A stretch of 64,000 nt of DNA from a virus (Duplodnaviria; Heunggongvirae; Uroviricota; Caudoviricetes), in IMG/VR virus record IMGVR_UViG_3300022562_000051, positions 44,581-108,580 of that record, one strand, 5' to 3'. Both the position numbers and the translations under genes were made by a program. This document shows, one piece after another, positions 57,591 through 64,000 of this stretch; the stretch's first letter is position 1, and each line of letters begins with the position of its first letter. The notes under the pieces were generated by a model. The model saw only the letters and a list, made by a program, of their open reading frames with translations. It was not told where the DNA came from and did no database searches.

Positions 57591-57963
57591 CCTATTCAAA
57601 GAAATCATTCCGTCCATTCTGCAAACCAAGCAGAACTGTATGCTCACGGAGCAGGACGAGAAGCAGTATCCTCATTTCATGGTCAACCGCGCCCTGTCTT
57701 ACCACATTGACACGGTGCTGATGGCGAATGTCGTGAACATGCTTCCCCACGCCGACAACCGGCTCAAATATGACTTTTTGCTAAATATAGTCAAGCCCTA
57801 CAGAAGACCATTCCAGAAATGGGAGAAGAGGGTTGAGCCGGTTGATTTGGCAGTTGTTAAGGAATACTATGGATACTCAGATGCAAAGGCACTGGAAGTC
57901 TTATCCATTCTTAGCGATGAACAGATCAATCACCTGAAAGAAAAATTATATAAAGGTGACTGA
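57583..57963 (+). CDS. gp62: Clamp loader small subunit gp62
   Basis: YPHFMVNRALSYH; QYDF-like KYDFLLN; VKEYYGYS..KA. Confidence 0.9.
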   Translation: MADLFKEIIPSILQTKQNCMLTEQDEKQYPHFMVNRALSYHIDTVLMANVVNMLPHADNRLKYDFLLNIVKPYRRPFQKWEKRVEPVDLAVVKEYYGYSDAKALEVLSILSDEQINHLKEKLYKGD

Positions 57964-57965
57964 AA

Positions 57966-58382
57966 ATGAGCATAGAAAAGCTGGTCGAAGTCGAGTTAGC
58001 TGAAAAGAACGACTTCCTCAAGGTGAGAGAAACCTTAACCCGTATTGGCGTAGCGGCTAAGAATCAGAACGTCCTGTACCAGTCTTGCCACATTCTGCAT
58101 AAGCAGGGCAAGTATTACATCGTCCATTTCAAGGAACTGTTTGAGCTTGACGGCAAGCCATCGAACATGTCCGAGAATGACGTTGCTCGCAGGAACACGA
58201 TTGCGAATCTGATGGAAGAGTGGGGATTGGTCAAGCTGGTGGACAAGAACAAGTCCCTGCAACCTGTCGCTCCTCTAAGTCAGATTAAGATTCTTCCTCA
58301 CAAGGAAAAGGCTGATTGGCAGCTTGTCGCAAAGTACAATATCGGTAAGAAGAAAGCTGTCGTAGATCATCATCCCGTTTAA
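57966..58382 (+). CDS. regA: Translational repressor RegA
   Basis: DFLKVRETLTRIG; LYQSCHILHKQGKYYIVHFKELF; W.LV.KY.IG. Confidence 0.96.
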   Translation: MSIEKLVEVELAEKNDFLKVRETLTRIGVAAKNQNVLYQSCHILHKQGKYYIVHFKELFELDGKPSNMSENDVARRNTIANLMEEWGLVKLVDKNKSLQPVAPLSQIKILPHKEKADWQLVAKYNIGKKKAVVDHHPV

Positions 58383-58397
58383 TTGATTGGAGTTGTT

Positions 58398-58985
58398 ATG
58401 AACCAAGTGAAATTGAGCTTCCATCGGCTGAGTCCCGACGCACAGATACCCGTATTCGGTTCCGAGTACGCTACCTGTTTTGATCTGCGTTATTGCCCCG
58501 GTCCACAGCAAACGTGGGTAGACGGTTATAACCAATATAACACGCCTATCAGGGCATCAATCTATCATCCAGACAAGTCATTCTATATCTCTCCCGGCGA
58601 GAGAATGTTGGTGCCTACCAGTCTGATCATGCGCATTGATCCTATTCCGCACATCGTATCGGATAACGGAAAGGGTGAAGTGGTCGCGGTGGTAGACAAT
58701 AATCCAAAGAGATATTCCATTCGCGTTCATGCTCGTTCCGGCTTGTCTCTCAAGCAGGGATTGGTGCTAGCTAACGCCGAGGGCGTCATTGATTTGGATT
58801 ACCAGAAAGAAATCTTCGTCATTCTAACCAATATCTCCAACGTAGCCCAACAGATTCATCTGAATGATCGTATCGCGCAAGCCGAAGTGGTGCGCAACGA
58901 ACAGTTCCTATTGTGCGAGATTCCAGTAGCGCCCGAAGGTTGGGGTAATCGCGATGGGGGATTTGGTAGCACAGGAGTAAAGTAA
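58398..58985 (+). CDS. dut: Trimeric dUTPase
   Basis: ATCFDL; ARSGLSLK; EGVIDLDY; RIAQA; RDGGFGSTG. Confidence 0.92.
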   Translation: MNQVKLSFHRLSPDAQIPVFGSEYATCFDLRYCPGPQQTWVDGYNQYNTPIRASIYHPDKSFYISPGERMLVPTSLIMRIDPIPHIVSDNGKGEVVAVVDNNPKRYSIRVHARSGLSLKQGLVLANAEGVIDLDYQKEIFVILTNISNVAQQIHLNDRIAQAEVVRNEQFLLCEIPVAPEGWGNRDGGFGSTGVK

Positions 58986-59824
58986 TGCCAAAGGGTAGAA
59001 TTCCTGTAGTAAGTGGCGGCTTTGATCCGCTGCACTCCGGTCATATTGCTCTACTCAAGGGAGCGTTCGATGAGTGCAAGAAACCGGTAGTCGTTTTGCT
59101 TAATTCTGATGAGTGGCTGACTCGCAAGAAGGGTAAGCCGTTCATGCCATTCGAAGAGCGCAAGGCTGTCCTTGATACCAACGTTTATGTCGGCGCGGTC
59201 TATGCGTTCGATGATTCGGACGATAGCGCAGTCAAGGGACTGGAAATGCTCAACGAGAAGTATCCACACGCCCAATTGATTTTCTGTAATGGTGGGGATC
59301 GCACAGAGAAGAACATTCCAGAAATGTCCTGCAACTTCGCACAGTTTCGTTTCGGCATCGGCGGCAAGGACAAGAAGAACAGTTCAAGCTGGCTGCTGCG
59401 GGATGCAATCGCACAGCACAAGGAAGATCGGCAGTGGGGATCGTTTGTTGACCTGTATCAGACGCAGGGATGCAAGGTCAAGGAATTGATCATCAAGCCG
59501 GGAAAGAGCATTTCCTATCAGAGACACTTTCATCGTTCCGAGGTCTGGTATGTGCGTAGCGGCGCAGGAATCGTTCGCCGCAACATTCATGGTAACGCAC
59601 CTTACGTCTACACCGAAGCAAGACTCAATAAGGACGATGTTCACGTAGTCTACAAGGATCAGTGGCACAAGCTGACCAATCCATTTGAAGAAGACTTAGT
59701 TATAATTGAAATTCAATATGGTGAAAAGACTTCCGAGGATGATATTGAACGCATTCTGGATGAATCTGAATTAGTTGAAATTAGAAAGAAGATGTACGGC
59801 AATAAGTACGCAGAATCTACTTGA
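58985..59824 (+). CDS. Cytidylyltransferase (HxGH) fused to a mannose-6-phosphate-isomerase-type cupin
   Basis: SGGFDPLHSGH; NSDEWL.RKKG; NGGDR; SSS; then RQWG...SYQRHFHRSEVW...IEIQYG...EDDIER. Confidence 0.85.
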   Translation: MPKGRIPVVSGGFDPLHSGHIALLKGAFDECKKPVVVLLNSDEWLTRKKGKPFMPFEERKAVLDTNVYVGAVYAFDDSDDSAVKGLEMLNEKYPHAQLIFCNGGDRTEKNIPEMSCNFAQFRFGIGGKDKKNSSSWLLRDAIAQHKEDRQWGSFVDLYQTQGCKVKELIIKPGKSISYQRHFHRSEVWYVRSGAGIVRRNIHGNAPYVYTEARLNKDDVHVVYKDQWHKLTNPFEEDLVIIEIQYGEKTSEDDIERILDESELVEIRKKMYGNKYAEST

Positions 59825-59851
59825 CTTCATTTAGCGATTGTGGTATAAATA
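59821..59851 (+). promoter_or_regulatory. Overlapping sigma70 and late promoter for hsp20
   Basis: TTGACT-17-TATAAA, where the -10 is part of a TATAAATA late consensus. Confidence 0.75.
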
Positions 59852-59910
59852 TAGGTGGACGCCCAATTGGGGTCCGCTAATGTTTAACTCGCTTAAGAAA
59901 GGAGTCTAAA

Positions 59911-60375
59911 ATGACAAACGCACTATCAGTATTTGATCGTTTTCTTCCCGCCACTCTCGGATTTGATCGGCTGTTTGATACGCTAGATCATGCTTCCGAT
60001 TTCATTGGCAATAATACCAACACATTCCCGCCTGTCAATATTGTGAAGGAAGGGGAGAATAAGTATGCCGTTGAAATGGCGGTTGCTGGTTATCGTGAAG
60101 ATGAAATTGAAATTCTTGCCGAGAGGAATAACCTCAAGATCACAGGTAAGAAGGTTGAAGAGAAGAGTGATGTTCAGAAGGCAGTAGATGGCGAACCAGT
60201 TCGTCAGTATATCGTAAAGGGTATTGCTGGACGTTCATTTGTTCGTTCATTTCTGTTAGCTGACACAGTGATCGTAAGGGAAGCCAAGCTCAAGGACGGT
60301 ATTCTTACCGTTTATCTTGAGAATGTGATTCCAGAAGAGCAGAAGGCAAGAAAAGTTCCTCTGCTGACCAAGTAA
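59911..60375 (+). CDS. hsp20: Small heat-shock protein Hsp20
   Basis: LGFDRLF; FPPVNIVK; EMAVAGY; GIAGRSF.RSF.L; LKDGIL; IPEEQK. Confidence 0.93.
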   Translation: MTNALSVFDRFLPATLGFDRLFDTLDHASDFIGNNTNTFPPVNIVKEGENKYAVEMAVAGYREDEIEILAERNNLKITGKKVEEKSDVQKAVDGEPVRQYIVKGIAGRSFVRSFLLADTVIVREAKLKDGILTVYLENVIPEEQKARKVPLLTK

Positions 60376-60393
60376 TCAAATAGGGTCTTTGCT

Positions 60394-60912
60394 ATGAATT
60401 GGGATGAATTGTTTATTAGGCAGGCAATGCTGATTGCTCAGAAAAGCAAAGACCCGTCAACCAAGGTGGGCTGCGTTATTGTAGGAAACGATAACGCAGT
60501 CCTTTCCATGGGATTCAATGGATTTCCTCGCGGCGTTCGCGAAGAATTTAACTTCACCGAAAGGTATCCACAAGCTGATCCAGTCATGGCACTCACTATG
60601 CCAAAGCTGGACCCCGAACGATGGGACCGTCCCGCAAAGTATAGTTGGGTCGAACACGCTGAACGAAACGCCATTTATAATGCCGCTCGTAACGGTGTTC
60701 GTCTTGCGGGTGCGCGAGCATATCTCAATTGGGAGCCACAGCCATGTGCTGATTGCACTCGCGCATTGATTCAGGCTGGTATTGTCGAAATCATCGGTCC
60801 CACCATTCCCTTCCCCGGCAGTGGCAACGGAACACACTATCATACGAGTTATGCCACAATCATGTGTGGCGAAGCTGGCGTAACAATCAGGAGCGTACCG
60901 TGGCAAGACTAA
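60394..60912 (+). CDS. cd: dCMP deaminase
   Basis: SKDPSTKVGC; GFNGFPRG; HAERNA; PCADC. Confidence 0.92.
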   Translation: MNWDELFIRQAMLIAQKSKDPSTKVGCVIVGNDNAVLSMGFNGFPRGVREEFNFTERYPQADPVMALTMPKLDPERWDRPAKYSWVEHAERNAIYNAARNGVRLAGARAYLNWEPQPCADCTRALIQAGIVEIIGPTIPFPGSGNGTHYHTSYATIMCGEAGVTIRSVPWQD

Positions 60913-61127
60913 GAGGTTATCACTATTGCATTGCTGAGACATATCCTGTCGAGCATGGCGATGGTTTCAAGATTCTTCTGCGCTATGATCGGCTGGAAGA
61001 CGCCGAGGAAGTGTTGAAGTGTCTGGAAGCGCACAATTACGATTTCACTTCTTTCATGATGGTCATGCAGCCAGTGTGGGAGAAGGAAGAACCTGTTCTA
61101 ACTCTTGTTGGTGATCCACCGTTCTAA
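60900..61127 (+). CDS. Hypothetical protein
   Basis: Probable GTG start overlapping the cd stop; the longer track ORF overlaps cd. Confidence 0.45.
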   Translation: MARLRGYHYCIAETYPVEHGDGFKILLRYDRLEDAEEVLKCLEAHNYDFTSFMMVMQPVWEKEEPVLTLVGDPPF

Positions 61128-61324
61128 TGGAATACAGTTGGGATTTGGACGAGAATGATCCAATGATCATTAACGTCTTTCATAATGGCAAGAAGGTCAT
61201 GTGCCTCTTCATTGGCGAAGCCATGGAGTCGGCGGGGCGCGAAGCAATCATGGAACATGTGCGAGTGTGTGATTCCACACCGTGGCTGAAAAATTGGCAT
61301 AGGCAGAAAGCATCATGCGTGTAA
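61127..61324 (+). CDS. Hypothetical protein (65 aa)
   Basis: TAATG overlap. Confidence 0.5.
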   Translation: MEYSWDLDENDPMIINVFHNGKKVMCLFIGEAMESAGREAIMEHVRVCDSTPWLKNWHRQKASCV

Positions 61325-61959
61325 AAATTGGTCCCTACGTAAACTGGATTGGTCCGTATCAGATTGCGGAGAAGATTCTTTTCTGGATGGATAAGCACGA
61401 AGATCGTCGTGTTCACGAATTTGGTCGCTGGCTAGCCGAAGACAAGAATGGCGAATCTTCATGGTTGGCTAAGACTTGCCAGTGGATTCATGATAAGAGG
61501 AAGCGCAAGATCAGCATCAAGCTGGACTCATGGGATTCATGGAATGCGGATTACACTTTGGCACTTATTATTCTTCCTGTTCTAAAGCAACTAAAAGAAA
61601 GTAAGCACGGCGCACCCAACACCGAGGACGAGGACGTTCCCGAAGAACTCCGGTCTACCTCTGCGCCACCAAAAGAGAATGAATGGGATACAGATGAAAA
61701 CTGGTTCAAGCGTTGGGAATGGATCATGGATGAAATGATCTGGACGTTTGAACAACTCGCATCGGACGATGGCGAAAATCAATTCTTCCATCATGACATT
61801 CCGAAGGATGCCAAGGTTCCCGAAGGCTGGCAGTGGATTGACGGTATTCTGTCAACTAGGGGATTTTGGGTGGATCGTCCCGGCGAGGAAACCTACCACA
61901 AGCGCATTGAGAACGGTTTGCGCCTCTTTGGACGCTATTACAGAGGACTTTGGGACTGA
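61315..61959 (+). CDS. Conserved phage hypothetical protein (Trp-rich)
   Basis: MRVKIGPY; WDSWNADYTLALII.P.LKQLK; WEWIMDEMIWTF; GLRLFGRYYRGLWD. Confidence 0.75.
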   Translation: MRVKIGPYVNWIGPYQIAEKILFWMDKHEDRRVHEFGRWLAEDKNGESSWLAKTCQWIHDKRKRKISIKLDSWDSWNADYTLALIILPVLKQLKESKHGAPNTEDEDVPEELRSTSAPPKENEWDTDENWFKRWEWIMDEMIWTFEQLASDDGENQFFHHDIPKDAKVPEGWQWIDGILSTRGFWVDRPGEETYHKRIENGLRLFGRYYRGLWD

Positions 61960-62027
61960 CCCTTGGCACCCCTAGCGGGTATCCCTAGAATCGCTTAAAA
62001 CGGCTCTCCGTGGCTTATACGGCATTT

Positions 62028-62180
62028 GTAAGCCCTTGATTCTACTAAAGAATTAAACGCACGTAAGTCATTGATTTTCTAATATGTCCATTCCCCGAAA
62101 AGCGACCATTTTAAATGGACAACGTAAGTCCTTGATTCTAAAGGGCTTTTAAATGGACAACGTAAGTGCCTGATATTCTT
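62028..62180. repeat. Cluster of four GTAAG(T/C)NN(T/C)TGAT boxes and a 21-bp direct repeat
   Basis: Boxes at 62028, 62063, 62124 and 62162; TTTTAAATGGACAACGTAAGT at 62109 and 62147. Confidence 0.85.
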
Positions 62181-62221
62181 AAGTTTTTTAATATTGCAGA
62201 TTTCACCGATTTTGCTATACT
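62164..62221 (+). promoter_or_regulatory. Early-type promoter with upstream AAGTGCCTGAT box
   Basis: Box at 62164; TTGCAG at 62194, 16 nt, TGn-TATACT; AAAGGAG RBS before the ATG at 62263. Confidence 0.65.
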
Positions 62222-62262
62222 GGTATTACAGGTTGAGATTACGGACAAACAAAGGAGTCCAT

Positions 62263-62586
62263 ATGTCTAAGTCGGTTGAGTTGGTTGCGGCGCGTGAGTC
62301 TGTGAAGGCTGCGAAGGCTGCTCTGGTGCAGGCGCGAGAGAATCTTGCTGCCCTGCGTGTTGCTGCGAAGGCTGAGAAGGCTGAGAAGGCTGCGGAACGC
62401 GCTGCGAAGCGTGAGGCGAAGCTGGCTGCGGCGGCTGCGAAGCGCAAGGCGCGTATCGCGAAGCTTGAGGCGAAGCTTGAGGCTGAGAAGGCGAAGCTTT
62501 ACTCCCCGAAGCGCATCAAGCGAGCCAATCGCAAGGCGTCGAAGGTCCGCGTGATCGTGCAGAACGGTCAGCCGGTTGCTGCCTAA
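62263..62586 (+). CDS. Lys/Ala-rich basic helical protein (histone-H1-like composition)
   Basis: AAKAEKAEKAAERAAKREAKLAAAAAKRKARIAKLEAKLEAEKAK; strong RBS. Confidence 0.7.
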   Translation: MSKSVELVAARESVKAAKAALVQARENLAALRVAAKAEKAEKAAERAAKREAKLAAAAAKRKARIAKLEAKLEAEKAKLYSPKRIKRANRKASKVRVIVQNGQPVAA

Positions 62587-62596
62587 CAGGTGAATC

Positions 62597-62627
62597 GGGT
62601 GCCGGGAATCGTCCCGGCACCCTCTCT
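62597..62627 (+). terminator. 11-bp GC hairpin (terminator or RNA-stability element)
   Basis: GGGTGCCGGGA-ATCG-TCCCGGCACCC followed by TCTCT. Confidence 0.65.
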
Positions 62628-62645
62628 GCGTTTCAGGAAAAGATC

Positions 62646-62945
62646 ATGCGCGAACAGAATTTCAAGATCGTCTATGCCGACAATATGGTTGAGCCGTTCA
62701 ACATTCGGACTCGCTACGCTTCGCGCAAGTGTGCGCAGAATGCAGCGGATCGTCTGAACGCGAAGCTTGACCGGTATGATCGCGGCGGCAGTCGCTACGC
62801 GGTCTATTCGCTGGAAGAGTACGCGAAGGCTGTCAAGGGCAAGGGTGAGTGGAAGACCTCGCCGTTCACTGGTCGCAAGGTTTGGGTCGCGCTCGGCACC
62901 CCGGCTTGCTGTGATCCGACTACCGAAACTTACATGAGCATGTAA
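62646..62945 (+). CDS. Early-region hypothetical protein
   Basis: AGGA RBS; ends PACCDPTTETYMSM, a recurring phage early-protein tail. Confidence 0.65.
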   Translation: MREQNFKIVYADNMVEPFNIRTRYASRKCAQNAADRLNAKLDRYDRGGSRYAVYSLEEYAKAVKGKGEWKTSPFTGRKVWVALGTPACCDPTTETYMSM

Positions 62946-62947
62946 TC

Positions 62948-63145
62948 ATGGGGCGCATGTCAGAACTCCAAATGACGATTGATGAAATGCTGATTGACGG
63001 CATGACACCGCAAGCTATTTCTACGCGGCTCAATGTGCCGTTGCAGTGGGTGATCGCTTGCGAGGACGCGCTTTTCAACGATCCGTATCAGTATGCGGAC
63101 GAGTGCGCGGATGCTGATGCAATTGCTTACGGGGAAATGATGTAA
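62948..63145 (+). CDS. Early-region hypothetical protein
   Basis: MGRMSEL...ISTRLNVPLQWV...ADADAIAYG. Confidence 0.65.
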   Translation: MGRMSELQMTIDEMLIDGMTPQAISTRLNVPLQWVIACEDALFNDPYQYADECADADAIAYGEMM

Positions 63146-63441
63146 TGTCAGTCCGTGAAGAAATCCAGAATCAGATTTTGACCTACGTGCATGAACGTGG
63201 CGTCTTTTCCGCGCCTTACGGCATTCTGGACGGCAAGCATACGCATCCGAAGACCGGACGATCCTATCGTTCCGTGACATTCGGCAAGGCGCGGACGCTG
63301 GACGCTACCGTAAACATCTACGGTCCCAAGTATTTGCAGTTTCAGTTTTCGGGTTCCCTGTATGATCATGGGGCGCACCGGGATTCCATCGTGTTCAAGT
63401 CTGTGGACGAGTTGATAGCGTTCCTAGATAAGAATACGTAA
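63145..63441 (+). CDS. Early-region hypothetical protein
   Basis: TAATG overlap; SVTFGKARTLDATVNIYGPKY. Confidence 0.65.
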   Translation: MSVREEIQNQILTYVHERGVFSAPYGILDGKHTHPKTGRSYRSVTFGKARTLDATVNIYGPKYLQFQFSGSLYDHGAHRDSIVFKSVDELIAFLDKNT

Positions 63442-63461
63442 CACAGAAAGAGGTAGCTATC

Positions 63462-63677
63462 ATGGCTAAGTCATTTGCAGCGGAAGTGATCGCGGACGCT
63501 GGTGGACAGTGGGCAGGAAACGCTTTGCGTTTTGAGTCGCGGCAGGAAGCTGAGAGTTGGGTTGCTGATCTGGCTCTTCGCTGGATTTTGGTTCGTGGTA
63601 CTCGCGTTGTCGAGTCGAACGATCCCGTCAATTACAAGTGGGACGGCACTAATCTTACAGAGGTAACGCCGGAATGA
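63462..63677 (+). CDS. Early-region hypothetical protein
   Basis: GAGG RBS; GQWAGNALRFESRQEAE...RVVESNDPVNY. Confidence 0.7.
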   Translation: MAKSFAAEVIADAGGQWAGNALRFESRQEAESWVADLALRWILVRGTRVVESNDPVNYKWDGTNLTEVTPE

Positions 63678-63796
63678 GCATTCTAGGTTGGATTCTGCTA
63701 TACTTTGCTGTAGCAATTCCCGTTTCAATTTTCGTCGGCACGATGTTTCGGCGCATGGGCGAGGATTATCCAGAGGTTCCCGATGAACGCGAGTAA
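63674..63796 (+). CDS. Small membrane peptide (40 aa)
   Basis: MSILGWILLYFAVAIPVSIFVGTMFRRMGEDYPEVPDERE; ATGA overlap. Confidence 0.45.
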   Translation: MSILGWILLYFAVAIPVSIFVGTMFRRMGEDYPEVPDERE

Positions 63797-64000
63797 GCTG
63801 GTTGCGGCGGTAGCACTCATGCTGCCGCTTTTCGCATCTGCGGAAGAAATCGTTCCTTCCATGTATCGTTGCTTGGATAGCACCGATGCGGAACAGGGTA
63901 TGTTCATGGTGGTTATTGAAGAGGGGCGTAACGCACCGTTCATGCTCTTTGACCGTAGCGGTAGATTCATGAACCGTGGCGTTTTCTCTGTCGGCATGAC
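63783..64000 (+). CDS. Secreted/periplasmic hypothetical protein, 3'-truncated
   Basis: MNASKLVAAVALMLPLFASA-EE signal-peptide-like start; the frame stays open to the end of the window. Confidence 0.5.
   Translation, partial: MNASKLVAAVALMLPLFASAEEIVPSMYRCLDSTDAEQGMFMVVIEEGRNAPFMLFDRSGRFMNRGVFSVGM

Overview
A 64-kb segment of a large T4-like myovirus genome (cyanophage/aquatic-T4-like gene set; host cannot be determined from this window). Every supportable gene is on the + strand and uses the standard code. Layout: (1) 1-27 kb is a baseplate/fibre locus with a large DUF4815/VrlC-like structural gene that appears split in two with a Hint domain at the break, four Gly-X-Gln/Thr collagen-like fibre genes, three LamG lectin-like proteins, tip/cap proteins and two sulfotransferase-family genes; (2) 27-41.8 kb is the T4 core morphogenesis run gp13-14-15-16-17-18-19-20-(67-like)-(68)-21-22-23-3; (3) 41.8-62 kb is recombination/replication/auxiliary genes (uvsY, uvsW, gp55, gp47, gp46, peptide deformylase, CobT-like vWA plus CobS/MoxR ATPase, GT-A glycosyltransferase, dNMP kinase, gp45, DsbA, gp44, an HNH endonuclease, gp62, regA, dUTPase, cytidylyltransferase-cupin, Hsp20, dCMP deaminase); (4) 62-64 kb is a repeat-rich promoter region followed by small early-type ORFs. 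Best leads: twice-repeated [S74 fibre - cap adhesin - sulfotransferase] cassettes; a non-splicing Hint domain at a gene fission point; a gp67-fused polyprotein punctuated by prohead-protease-like sites; a motif exactly 30 nt upstream of three TTGC-type promoters; and a perfect antisense sigma70 promoter in the gp55 leader. All family assignments come from motif recognition by eye, not from database searches.
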